Origin: Thermoanaerobaculia bacterium
Lineage (GTDB): Bacteria > Acidobacteriota > Thermoanaerobaculia > Multivoradales > Multivoraceae
DNA length: 64,000 nucleotides
Assembly: GCA_963666565.1 (NCBI GenBank)
Contig: OY762911.1
Location: 3,104,001 to 3,168,000 of the forward strand
Direction: 5' to 3'
The notes under the pieces: model-generated
Seen by the model: the letters and a program-made list of their open reading frames with translations, nothing else
What the model was told of the DNA's origin: nothing
Database searches by the model: none
Position numbers and translations under genes: made by a program
Part shown: positions 29,804 through 40,000 of the stretch, one piece after another
How the letters are laid out: every line of letters starts with the position of its first letter
Numbering within the stretch: position 1 is the stretch's first letter

Positions 29804-32659
29804 TCAGGGCTTCAGATGCGTCTCGAACAGCTTGAGGATCCGCCGGTACTCGTCGAGCCAGCTCGACGGCTCCACGAAGCCGTGCGCCTCCGCCGGGTAG
29901 ACGGCAAGTTCCCAGTCCTCCTTGCCGAGTTCGATCAGGCGCTGGACGAGCCGTACGGAGTCCTGGAACAGCACGTTGTCATCCAGCATGCCGGTGCAGA
30001 TGAGGAGGGGCTTCTCCAGGCCCTCGGCGAACTCGATCGGGGAGCTTCGTTCGTACGCCTCGGGGTCGAGCTCCGGCGTGTTCAGGATGTTCGACGTGTA
30101 GCGGTGGTTGTAGTGGGCCCAGTCGGTCACCGGCCGCAGCGCGGCGCCCGCGGCGAACAGCTCGGGCCGGCGGAACATCGCCATGAACGTGACGAAGCCG
30201 CCGTAGGAGCCGCCGTAGACGCCGATTCGCTCCCGGTCCACGCCGTGCTCGGCGGCCAGATAGTCGATGCCGTCGGCCAGGTCCTCGACCTCCGGCGTGC
30301 CCATCCGGCGGTAGATCGCGGTGCGCCAGTCGCGGCCGTAGCCGGCGGAGGCGCGGAAGTCCATGTCGAGCACGACGTAGCCGCGGCGCGCGAGCAGCGT
30401 GTGGAACATGAACTCCCGGAAGTAGGACGACCAGCCCTGGTGCGCGTTCTGCAGGTAGCCGGCGCCGTGGACGAACACGACCGCAGGCCTCGGCGCCTCC
30501 GCTTGACCGGACGGCAGGTAGAGGCGGGCGTGGATCGGCCGGTTCACGTGCGACGAGGGAACCTCGACGAACCGGGGCGCCGTCCAGTCGATGCCCAGGA
30601 ATTCGGGGGACACCGTTTCCGTCAGGCGGACCGCCTCGGCGCCCGGCGACGCTTCCTGCAGCCAGAGCTCGGGCGGCATGGCGGCGGTGGAGTGGACGAT
30701 CAGCAGGCGCCCGTCGTCGGGCGAGAGCCGGAACGAGTTCAGGCCGCCCAGGTCCGTGACCCGTTGGATGCCGCCGGCGGCCCGCGGAGATGCGGCGCCG
30801 TCGCCTCGCCGCCCGCCGGCCCCGACGCCGGGTCCGCGATCGCCTCGATCGCCGGGCCCTGCCGCCGGCACCGGCGTCCGGAAGACGTCGAAGACGCCGG
30901 GATGGTCCCGGTTCGCCTCGAAGTAGACGAAGGCGCCGTCGGCCGAAGCCTGGGGCGAGCGGACGACGAAGTCTCCCTCCGTGACCTGGCGCCGTTCGCC
31001 GGTCGCGGCGTGCATCAGGTAGAGGTGCGAGTAGCCGGTTTCCTCGGAGAGGAAGAAGATCGTCTCGTCGTCCGGCAGCCAGCCCAGGTCCTGGAACGCG
31101 TAGTTGATCCAGGCCGGATCCGTCAGCCGGTGCAGGGGGCGCAGTTCGCCGGCTTCCAGGTCGATGGCGGCAATCCAGCGGTCCTTGTTGTCGGCGGAGT
31201 AGGCCTGCACGACGGCTTGCGAGCCGTCCCGGTTGAAGCGCACCGGTCCGAAGCGGACCGGCCGGGGCTCGGACTCGTCGTCTTTCGCGGCGTCGTCCAC
31301 GGACCCGTCCTTCCCGGAGCCCTCCTCCTCGGGCCGGGCCTCCTTCGCCGCGTCGCTCTCGGATCCGTCCTCCTTGCTCCCGGCCTCCTGCGGCTCTGCC
31401 GGCGCCGCGTCGGGGCCGCCTGGGTCGTCGTCTCCATCGTCCCCGTTCAACGCCTCTTCCCGCGCCTTCTTCCGCTCGCGCGCCGCTTCCCGCAGGTCGG
31501 CCAGCGGATCGTCGGCGATTCCCGGCAGCACGGAGAGGTCGAGCGTCGCCGGTTCCGGGTCGCCGGCGCGCAGCAGGAGCAGCGTTTCGCCGGTCGCCTC
31601 GGCCGTCCCGACCTTCATCCGCACCTCCTCGACCTCGACCAGGCCGGTGGCGGTAACGTAGTTCGGCATCCGGTCGCGGAGGCCCTCGTCGCGCTGCTTC
31701 GGCCGGACGCGCAGAACGAGGCGGTCGAGGGCGGGGGACAGGGCGGAACCGGCGATCTCCACCTTGTCGCCGAGGTAATGGGGCGGGGCAAGGCGGCTCG
31801 CGTCGGCGGCCTGGCGTTCCCTGGCGACTTCGCGGCTGCGCTCCTCGCGCTCGCGGCGCTGGCGGACGATCTCGAGCAGCCGCGGCTGCTGCCGCTCCAG
31901 GTAGCCGGCTTCGGCGTCGCGCTCGGCCTGCTCGTCCTCCGGGTCTTCGGCCTCGCGGACGTCGAACGGCTGCCTCAGGAGGCCGGCGGCCCGCTCGCGC
32001 ACGAACCAGACGCCGTTCCGGCGGAACGCGACGTCGCCGTCGACGGTGAAGAAGGGGGAGTTCTCGAAGGCGGCGGTGCGGGCGATCTGGGTCAGGCTGC
32101 CGTTGTCGTCCAGGTCGCGGACGAAGATGTCGCCGGCCCTGACGAAGACTTGGCGGCGCCGGTCGCGGTCCCAGGCGCCGTCCGGGGCGTCGGCGCCGGC
32201 GCGGTCGGCGTCGGAGATCCGGGCCGTCTCTCGGGTGGCGAGGTCGATCCGGTAGAGATCGCGGGTCTCTTCGCCTTCGCGCTTGCGCTCGTAGTAGACG
32301 CTCTCGCCGTCGGCGCTCCAGTACGGGGCTTCCGGCTGGCGGCCGAGCCAGTCCGGGTGGGCCATGATCCGCGGGAGGTCGAGGTCGTCCTGGGCGGCGG
32401 CGGGGAGGACGGCGAGGAAGAGCGCGACCAGGAGCGCCGCGGCGGAGAGGCGCCGGCCTGGCGGCCGGCTCGCGTTTCCGGCCGCCTGCGGCGGCAGCGG
32501 GTCAGAAGACCCGCGCACCCAGTGCACGGCAGAAGACCCGCGCACCCGGTGCGGGTCAGAAGACCCGCGCACCCAGTGCACGGCAGAAGACCCGCGCACC
32601 CGGTGCGGGTCAGAAGACCCGCGCACCCAGTGCGGGACGGAGGGCCCGCGCACCGACAT
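29804..32659 (-). CDS. S9 family (DPP-IV/prolyl oligopeptidase-like) secreted serine peptidase; start uncertain because the 5' end is a REP tandem array
   Basis: GGSYGG nucleophile, DDNV (Asp), EAHGF (His), VHGAGY; signal peptide ..LLVALFLAVLPAAAQ. Confidence 0.9.
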   Translation of the reverse strand: MSVRGPSVPHWVRGSSDPHRVRGSSAVHWVRGSSDPHRVRGSSAVHWVRGSSDPLPPQAAGNASRPPGRRLSAAALLVALFLAVLPAAAQDDLDLPRIMAHPDWLGRQPEAPYWSADGESVYYERKREGEETRDLYRIDLATRETARISDADRAGADAPDGAWDRDRRRQVFVRAGDIFVRDLDDNGSLTQIARTAAFENSPFFTVDGDVAFRRNGVWFVRERAAGLLRQPFDVREAEDPEDEQAERDAEAGYLERQQPRLLEIVRQRREREERSREVARERQAADASRLAPPHYLGDKVEIAGSALSPALDRLVLRVRPKQRDEGLRDRMPNYVTATGLVEVEEVRMKVGTAEATGETLLLLRAGDPEPATLDLSVLPGIADDPLADLREAARERKKAREEALNGDDGDDDPGGPDAAPAEPQEAGSKEDGSESDAAKEARPEEEGSGKDGSVDDAAKDDESEPRPVRFGPVRFNRDGSQAVVQAYSADNKDRWIAAIDLEAGELRPLHRLTDPAWINYAFQDLGWLPDDETIFFLSEETGYSHLYLMHAATGERRQVTEGDFVVRSPQASADGAFVYFEANRDHPGVFDVFRTPVPAAGPGDRGDRGPGVGAGGRRGDGAASPRAAGGIQRVTDLGGLNSFRLSPDDGRLLIVHSTAAMPPELWLQEASPGAEAVRLTETVSPEFLGIDWTAPRFVEVPSSHVNRPIHARLYLPSGQAEAPRPAVVFVHGAGYLQNAHQGWSSYFREFMFHTLLARRGYVVLDMDFRASAGYGRDWRTAIYRRMGTPEVEDLADGIDYLAAEHGVDRERIGVYGGSYGGFVTFMAMFRRPELFAAGAALRPVTDWAHYNHRYTSNILNTPELDPEAYERSSPIEFAEGLEKPLLICTGMLDDNVLFQDSVRLVQRLIELGKEDWELAVYPAEAHGFVEPSSWLDEYRRILKLFETHLKP
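32497..32656. repeat. Six head-to-tail 27-bp REP-derived units (alternating variants, 54-bp higher-order period)
   Basis: GCGGGTCAGAAGACCCGCGCACCCAGT alternates with GCACGGCAGAAGACCCGCGCACCCGGT; the last unit is degenerate. Confidence 0.9.
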
Positions 32660-32666
32660 CAGGCCC

Positions 32667-33740
32667 TTACAGGGACTCGAAGTACTCGACCATCGCCTGG
32701 GCGGTAGCCGCTTCGGGATGGTCGGGCGCGATCTCCAGGAACTTCCTGAACGTCTCCAGGGCCTTGCCGTTCTCGGACTGGGCGGCGTAGCAGAGGCCGA
32801 GCATGTTCAGCGCTTCGGGGTGGTTCGGGTTGAACCCGATGACCTGCTCCAGCTTCTCGGTGGCTTCCGCGATGCTGCCGGAGTTGTAGAGGTCCGCCGC
32901 CTCGTTGTACAGGTTCTTGGACGCCTTCTCGGGATCCGTGTTCTGGAGGGAGGCGAGTGCCGCTTCGGCCTTGTCGTCCATGCCGAGCGCGTTGTAGCCG
33001 GCGTAGAGGATCTGGTTCATGTTCTCCATGTCCTCGCCCTCGGCCGCCACCTGCTCGGCGAACTCGACCGCCCGGACGTGGTCGCCCCGGAAGGAGTAGA
33101 TGCGGGCCAGCCCGCCCATCGCCGGGATCAGGTCCACCTTCTTCTCCAGAGCGCTCTGGAACATGAACTCCGCCGTCTCGTAGTCGCCCGAGTTCAGCGC
33201 GTTGCTGCCCTGGTTGTAGAGCTTGATCGCGCTGCCGCGGGCCTCGGCATCCGGGTCGATTTCCTGCGGCTGCGGGATGCCGGCGGCTTCGAGCTGCGCC
33301 GCCTGCTGCTTCATGGCCTCTTCCACGGAGGTCAGGTTCCAGTCGCCGCCGCCGGGGAGCTGGCTGAGCCTCGTCTCGTTCCGGGCCGGAATGCGCACGT
33401 TGCCGACCCGCCGGGTCTGGTACCCCTCCTTCTTCAGCTCGACGGTGAAGCCGCCGCGCTCGTGCGTGACGACGTTCTTGATCATGATCCGGAACCGGCC
33501 GTTCTTGCCGGAGTGGTGGACTTCGCGGAAGGTGGGCGCTTCGGGGTTCGTGAAGATGATCTCGACGCCCTCGAGCGTCTCGCCGGTGTTGGCGTCGAAG
33601 ATCTGGCCCCACACGGTGCCCGGAAGCTGCGCGGCCGCCGGCGCGGCGAGGGCGAGCAGGAGGCAGGCGCCGAGGACGGCGGCAAGGAGCGCCGGCCGCG
33701 CCGGCCGTTCGATGGTCCACGGTTCGCGAATCGGCTTCAT
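32667..33740 (-). CDS. Secreted TPR protein with N-terminal carboxypeptidase-regulatory-like domain
   Basis: Signal peptide; G.V.G.I.D..TGE.LEGV; TPR-like helices (NPNHPEALNMLGLCY); AAGGAGG RBS. Confidence 0.8.
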   Translation of the reverse strand: MKPIREPWTIERPARPALLAAVLGACLLLALAAPAAAQLPGTVWGQIFDANTGETLEGVEIIFTNPEAPTFREVHHSGKNGRFRIMIKNVVTHERGGFTVELKKEGYQTRRVGNVRIPARNETRLSQLPGGGDWNLTSVEEAMKQQAAQLEAAGIPQPQEIDPDAEARGSAIKLYNQGSNALNSGDYETAEFMFQSALEKKVDLIPAMGGLARIYSFRGDHVRAVEFAEQVAAEGEDMENMNQILYAGYNALGMDDKAEAALASLQNTDPEKASKNLYNEAADLYNSGSIAEATEKLEQVIGFNPNHPEALNMLGLCYAAQSENGKALETFRKFLEIAPDHPEAATAQAMVEYFESL

Positions 33741-33852
33741 CGTCTCCTCCTTCGGCCGCGCGGGCCGCTGGCCGGTGTCCTGGCGCGGCGGGTCTCCGTT
33801 CCGCCGGCTGCCTCCGTTCGTCCCCGGAAGCGGCGCCTAGAATAACAGAGCC

Positions 33853-35250
33853 GTGGTTGAGGATCCTGGCTCCCGCCTCGCGCGCCATCCGCACTGGCCG
33901 GAGGCGCTGCGCATCTGCCGGGCCGCGGCGGAACGGGGCGGGTGCGTGCGGCTCGTCGGCGGCGCGGTGCGCGACGCCCTGCTCGACCGGCCGTTCGAGG
34001 AGTTCGATCTGGAGGCGTTCGGGATGGCGCCCGCCGAACTCGACCGGATGCTGGCGGACCTGGGCCTGCGGGTCGACCGGGTGGGGCGCGCCTTCTCGGT
34101 GGCGAAGCTCCGCGGCCTGCCGGTCGACGTCGCCCTGCCGCGCCGCGAGGTCAGCGTCGGCGCCGGGCACCGCGACTTCGTCGTGGACGCCGACCCGGAC
34201 ATGACGGTGGAGGAGGCCGCCGAGCGGCGCGACTTCACGATCAACGCGATCTCGTACGAGCCGCTGGCCGGCCGGCTCGACGACCCCCTCGGCGGCCGGG
34301 CGGACCTCGAGCGCCGCCGCCTCCGCCACGCCTCGCACCGCTTCCAGGAGGATCCGCTGCGCGTGCTGCGCGGGATGCAGCTCGTCGCCCGGCTGAACCT
34401 CGAACCCGACCCGGAGACGGTGAGCCTCTGCTCCGGCATCGCCTGGACCGAAATGAGCGTCGAGCGGGTGTTCGACGAATGGCGGAAGCTGCTTCTGCTG
34501 GGGGTGGAGATCAGGCGCGGCCTCCTGTTTCTGGAGGCGACCGGCTGGCTCGCCGGCTACCCCGAACTCCAGGCCACCGTCGGCTGCGGGCAGGACCCGG
34601 AGTGGCACCCCGAGGGCGACGTCTGGACCCACACCGGCCACGTCCTGGACGCCTTCGCCGCCGAACGCCTGGGCGACGACGAGGAGAACCTGGTCGTCGG
34701 CCTCGCCTGCCTCTGCCACGACCTGGGCAAGCCCGCGACCACCCGGTTCGTCGACGGCCGGCTGCGCTCCCGCGGCCACGAGGCGGCGGGGGAGGAGCCG
34801 ACCCGGAGCTTCCTGGCGCGGCTCACGAACCGCCGGCAGCTCGTCGACGACGTGGTCCGCCTGGTGGTGGACCACCTGAAGCCGCGCCAGCTCCACCGGG
34901 GCGGCGCGGGCGACGCGGCGGTGCGCCGGCTCGCCCACCGGGTGAAGCGCATCGACCGGCTGGTCCGGGTCGCGCGGGCGGATGCCCTGGGCCGGCCGCC
35001 CCTCCGGCCGGAGGAATTCCCCGACTGCGACTGGCTGCTGGCCCGCGCCGAGGCGCTGCGGATCCGGGACCGGGCGCCGGAGCGCATCGTCCGGGGGCGC
35101 GACCTCATCGAACGCGGCGTGGCGCCGGGGCCTGAGATCGGCGAGGTCGTCAGGGAGTGCTACACGGCCCAGTTGAACGGCGAGTTCGAGAGCCGCGACG
35201 GCGGGCTGAGGCATCTCGACCGGTTGCTGGCCCGGCGCGCCACCGGATGA
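33853..35250 (+). CDS. cca: CCA tRNA nucleotidyltransferase / poly(A) polymerase family protein with HD domain
   Basis: LVGGAVRD, RRDFTINAI, EDPLRVLRG, HPEGDVWTHT, CHDLGK. Confidence 0.88.
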   Translation: MVEDPGSRLARHPHWPEALRICRAAAERGGCVRLVGGAVRDALLDRPFEEFDLEAFGMAPAELDRMLADLGLRVDRVGRAFSVAKLRGLPVDVALPRREVSVGAGHRDFVVDADPDMTVEEAAERRDFTINAISYEPLAGRLDDPLGGRADLERRRLRHASHRFQEDPLRVLRGMQLVARLNLEPDPETVSLCSGIAWTEMSVERVFDEWRKLLLLGVEIRRGLLFLEATGWLAGYPELQATVGCGQDPEWHPEGDVWTHTGHVLDAFAAERLGDDEENLVVGLACLCHDLGKPATTRFVDGRLRSRGHEAAGEEPTRSFLARLTNRRQLVDDVVRLVVDHLKPRQLHRGGAGDAAVRRLAHRVKRIDRLVRVARADALGRPPLRPEEFPDCDWLLARAEALRIRDRAPERIVRGRDLIERGVAPGPEIGEVVRECYTAQLNGEFESRDGGLRHLDRLLARRATG

Positions 35251-35263
35251 CCGAAACGGTCGG

Positions 35264-35947
35264 ATGAGCGAAACAAGGACAGGCGGCCGGTCGTCTCCAG
35301 ACCCAGAGGACGATGGCTTGCCGGCAGCAGAACCGCCCGACCGGGACCGGAAACAGGCCAGCGGGCCGGCCGGCGCTCCCGGCGATGCCGAACTCGTTCG
35401 GCGGGCCGTCGCGGGCGACGGCGCCGCGTTCGAGGGCCTGGTGCTGCGCTATGAAACGCCGCTACGCAAGCTGGTCTACGGCTACGTACTCGACTGGGAG
35501 GTTGCCGAGGACGTCGCCCAGGACGCCTTCCTGCTGGCCTGGAGGAAGCTCGGCGGTCTGGCGGAGTCTGCCGCCTTCAAGAGCTGGCTCTACCGGATCG
35601 CGATCAACCGGGCGCACGACGAGCTGCGCCGGTCGGCGCGCTGGGGCCGGCGAGTGGACCGGAACGTGGGGGCCGAGGCGCTCGCCGAACTGCCGGCGGC
35701 GGGCGCGGAGTCGGCCGTCGAGTCGCGGCTGCAACGGCGCGCCCTCGTACGGGCGCTGGCGCGCCTGCCGAAGAGCCAGCGCACGGCGGTCGTGCTGAAG
35801 GATGTCGCGGGGATGAAGTACGTGGAAATCGCGGAGTTGCTGGGCTGTCCCGTCGGGACGGCGCAGATCCGGGTACACCGGGGCCGGAGGAGGCTCAGGC
35901 GCTGGCTCGACGAGCCGCGCGCCGGCGAAGGAGGAGGTACGCGATGA
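35264..35947 (+). CDS. ECF RNA polymerase sigma factor
   Basis: AEDVAQDAF, FKSWLYRIAIN (region 2); Y.EIAELLGCPVGT...RVHRGR (region 4). Confidence 0.9.
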   Translation: MSETRTGGRSSPDPEDDGLPAAEPPDRDRKQASGPAGAPGDAELVRRAVAGDGAAFEGLVLRYETPLRKLVYGYVLDWEVAEDVAQDAFLLAWRKLGGLAESAAFKSWLYRIAINRAHDELRRSARWGRRVDRNVGAEALAELPAAGAESAVESRLQRRALVRALARLPKSQRTAVVLKDVAGMKYVEIAELLGCPVGTAQIRVHRGRRRLRRWLDEPRAGEGGGTR

Positions 35948-36444
35948 GGGAGGAGCGGAAACCGCGTGGAGCGATCCGCGCTACGCGTGAATCGGTTCGT
36001 GGCCCCGCCGGCGGGCGCGCGGACGGCCCGGCCCCGGAGGTCGAGCCGGAAGCGCGAGGCTGGCGGGACGTCGACGCGCTGTTGGCGGAACTGCGCGAGG
36101 AGTGCGCGGCGCCGCCAGCGGCGCCGGGGTTCGTGGCGGGCTTCCGGGCCCGTCGCGACGCCTGGCTGGAGCGCGCCGGCCGGGCCGCGCCCTGGCGGCC
36201 GCTCGCCCTGCGCCTGGCGCCCGCGGGCGCCCTGGCGGCCGTGGCGGCGCTGGTCGTGACTCTCGGGTCCGGCACGCCGCGCATGGCGCCGGAGAATCCC
36301 GCGGCGGCGCCTGAGGCGGCGGAGTACGCGGATCCGTTCGCGGCGGGGCTGGAAGAGGCCGGCGTGGCGACGGTGGCGACCCTCGACGACGAGGCCGGCT
36401 ACGAGCTCCTCGCGGTGCTCTACGAGCCGATGGGAGGTCGGTGA
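35944..36444 (+). CDS. Putative membrane-anchored anti-sigma factor
   Basis: Overlaps the sigma stop (ATGA); single TM segment; assignment is positional inference. Confidence 0.55.
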   Translation: MREERKPRGAIRATRESVRGPAGGRADGPAPEVEPEARGWRDVDALLAELREECAAPPAAPGFVAGFRARRDAWLERAGRAAPWRPLALRLAPAGALAAVAALVVTLGSGTPRMAPENPAAAPEAAEYADPFAAGLEEAGVATVATLDDEAGYELLAVLYEPMGGR

Positions 36445-37028
36445 TGGCGAACGGCGCCACGAGGCTGTGGATGGGCGTCGCCTTGGGTTCCGTGCTGGTG
36501 GTGGGCGTGTCCGCCGGGCTGCTGGCTGACCGTTTCCTCCCCGATCGCCGGGCCGCGGAGAGCGAGCGGCCGGACGCGCGGCCCGCCCATGCCGGCAGGT
36601 CGTCCTCCATGTTCCACTTCGATTGCCGCGACGAAGACGGAGCGCCGAGCGGCGCCGCGGCAGGTTCCGCCCGGGAAGCGCCGGACGAAGCGGCGCGCGC
36701 GGCGGCGTTCGAGGAGCACCGTTCGAAGATGACCCACCGCATGGCGCGGCGCCTGGACCTCGATCCGGAGCAGATCGAGGCGCTCGAACCGATCGTCGGC
36801 GAGGCGATGCTGCGCGGCCGGCGCTACTGGACCGGAGCCCGGGACGAGTTCTGCGCCATGCAGGACGACTTCCATCGGCAGGTGGGAGAGCTTCTCCGTC
36901 CCGACCAGGCGGCCCGCTTCGACGAGATGCGGCGCGACCTGTGGGAACGGAGCCGGCGCCACGACGACCGCGACCGCGACGACCGGCGCCGAGACGACGG
37001 CGGCGGCTCGCCGGAGAGCTGCCGATGA
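36441..37028 (+). CDS. Putative periplasmic Spy/CpxP/heavy-metal-sensor-like helical protein
   Basis: N-terminal TM anchor; two LTxEQ-like motifs (LDLDPEQ, LLRPDQ); translationally coupled to neighbours. Confidence 0.6.
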   Translation: MMANGATRLWMGVALGSVLVVGVSAGLLADRFLPDRRAAESERPDARPAHAGRSSSMFHFDCRDEDGAPSGAAAGSAREAPDEAARAAAFEEHRSKMTHRMARRLDLDPEQIEALEPIVGEAMLRGRRYWTGARDEFCAMQDDFHRQVGELLRPDQAARFDEMRRDLWERSRRHDDRDRDDRRRDDGGGSPESCR

Positions 37029-40000
37029 TCGACCGGGGGGAAGGGACGCCGATGGACGAGCCGAAGACCGGTTCGGGCGATGAGCGCGAAAGACGCGAAA
37101 GCCCGGAAGGAAGCCCGGCCGGAGGAAGCGGCCTCAAGGCGACGGAGCGGGAAGAAGCCGTACTTCAGGAGGCGGCGGCGCACGTCCCCGTCCACCCGTT
37201 CATCCGCTTCGCCGTCGAGCGGCGCGTCACCATGTTCATGGCGACGCTCGGCGTGCTGGTGCTCGGCTGGCTGTCGCTGACGCGGTTGCCGCTGGAGTTC
37301 CTGCCGCTCTTCCAATCGTCCAACATCTCGGTCCGGGTGCCGTACCAGTCGTCCTCGCCGGAAGAGGTGGCGCGGTCGATCATCTGGCCGCTGGAGGACA
37401 GCCTCGGGACGATCAACGGCGTCAGCATGATCCGGTCGCGGGCGAGCGGCAGTTCCGCCTCCGTGGACATCGAGTTCCGGGACGGGACGGACATGGAGCT
37501 GGCCGCCGTCGACGTGCGCGACCGGATCGACCGGGTGCGCAACGAACTGCCGGCCGACGTCGAGCAGGTCTACGTCCGCCGCTTCGAGAGCACGGACATT
37601 CCGGTCCTCCGCAGCAGTCTCAGCGCGCCTTGGGACCAGGACGAGCTGAACGACTTCGTCGAGGACGTGCTTCTGCCCCGGATCGAGCGGCTGGAAGGCG
37701 TCGCGCAGGCGCAGGTCTGGGGCATGCTGAGCCGGGAGCTGCGGATCGAACTGCTGCCCGACCGGATGGCCGCCCACGGGGTGGACATCCGCGAACTGAG
37801 GCAGGTCCTGCAGAGCAACCACGTCAACGTCTCGGGCGGTTACCTGCGCGAGGGCAGCCGCCGGCTGCTGGTGCGCACGGTGGGCGAGTTCCGGACGCCG
37901 GACGAGATCCGGGACCTGCCGATCCGCGGCGACGGCCTGCGCGTGGGCGACGTGGCCGACGTGAAGTTCGGCTATCCCGACAAGTACGAGTACAGCTTCC
38001 TGAACGGGCAGGAGTCGATCAGCCTGAACGTGAACAAGACCTCGGACGCCAACCTGCTGGAGGTGGTCAACCGGGTCAAGGACGAACTGGAGGCGATCCG
38101 GCAGACGCCCGAGGGCGCGGGCCTCGAGTTCCGCCACTTCCACGACACCTCGATCGACGTGCGCCAGGGACTGACCGAGCTGGGCCGCAGCGGCGTCATC
38201 GGCGGCGGCCTCGCGATCGTCTTCATGTTTCTCTTCCTGCGCAAGTTCCGGACCACGCTGCTGGTGGCCCTGGCGGTGCCCCTGTCGCTCGTCATGACCT
38301 TCGTGATGATGTACCTGGGACGGCAGGCCGGAGTCACCGAGATCACGCTGAACGTGATGAGCCTGATGGGGCTGATGCTCGCGATCGGCATGCTGCTCGA
38401 CAACTCGATCGTGGTCATCGAGTCGATCTTCCGCCACCGCCAGGACCTCGGCGCGAACGCGAAGAACGCCGCCCTGGGCGGCGCCAGCGACGTGGCGATG
38501 CCGATCATCTGCTCGACGATGACCACGATGTGCGTCTTCGTGCCGCTCATCTTCTTCGGCAGCGGTGGCGGCGGTCCCGGCAGCTTCTCTCGCTTCATGG
38601 CCGACATCGGCACGACGGTCTGCGTCGTCATGCTCGGCTCGCTCGTCATCTCCCTGACCGTGGTGCCGATGATCGCGGCGATCCTGCTCAAGTCGGAGAG
38701 CAAGCGGCGGTTCAAGCTGCTCGACCGGATGAACGAGCTCTACGGCAGGACGCTGGGCTTCACCCTCCGCCACCGCTTCGTCTTCTCCGTGGCGATCGTC
38801 CTCCTGCTGGTGGGCTCCTGGAGGCTCTACAACAGCATCGAGCGGAGCTTCAATCAGCCCTCCCAGGGCAGGGCGCTGACGGTGTTCGTCGAAACGCCGC
38901 GGCAGATGGGGATGGACGATCGCCTGGCGCTCTACGACGAGGTCTACGCGATGCTGGATTCCCGGCGCGACGAGTGGGAGATCGCCGACATCGCCCACCA
39001 GGTGCGGCGGGGCGGCGGCCGCAGCCGCGGGTACGGAGGCGGCAACCGCTTCGAGATCTACCTCAAGCCGGAGGAGGTCTCCGAGATGTCCACGGACGAG
39101 GTCACGGAACGCATCCGGGAGGCGATGCCGCAGCGGGTCGGCGTCCTGTTCAAGCTCGCGCGGACGGAGTTCGGGCCTCCGGGTTCCGGGAGAACCGGGA
39201 TGGACGTGGAACTGATCGGCGAGGACGTGGGCACGCTCGAACTCCTCGTGCCGCGTATCACGGAGCGGCTCCGCCGGATCCCCATCGTGGGCGACATCGA
39301 CAACTCGTTCGAGAGCGGCGACGACGAGATCCGGGTATCGGTGAACCGCGAGCGCGCTCTCCAGGGCGGCCTGTCGAGCCAGGCGGTGGCGATGACGGTG
39401 AGCGGCGCGCTCTCCAGCCGGTCGCTGGCGTACTTCAAGACCGCCGAGCGCGAGATCGGCATGGTCATGCAGTACCGGGAGGAGGATCGCGAGACGCTCG
39501 ACCAGTTGAAGAAGATGCCGGTGCTCGTGTCGGACCCGGACGGCGAGGGCGCGGGCGTGACCCTGCCGATCTCGAGCCTCGCCTCGTTCCGGGTCCAGAG
39601 CGGCCCGTCCGAGATCGAGCGCGAGAACCGTCGCGCCAAGGTGGAGATCGACGTGACGGCCGCAGGCGGCACGCCGGGCTTCATGCTCCGGCGGCCGGTC
39701 CAGGCGGCGCTCGCGGACGTGCCGCTGCCGCCGGGCTACGAGTGGTCTCTCGGCAGGAGGTTCATGGAGGAGGAGGAGGACGCGTCGCGCGCCGTCCTGA
39801 CGCTGATCCTCGCGGCGGTGCTGATCTACATGATCATGGCGGCCCTGTTCGAGGACTTCCTCCAGCCGTTCACGATCATGCTGTCGATTCCGTTCGCCTT
39901 CATCGGCGTGGGCCTGATCATGTACCTCGCCGGCCAGCCGCGGGACGGTTCCTCGAACATGGGCCTGCTGATCCTGGCCGGGATCGTGGTGAACAACGCG

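Noticed and set aside
32497-32656. Possible CRISPR array
   Set aside because: Units are contiguous with no unique spacers, match the dispersed REP-like palindrome, and no cas genes are present.
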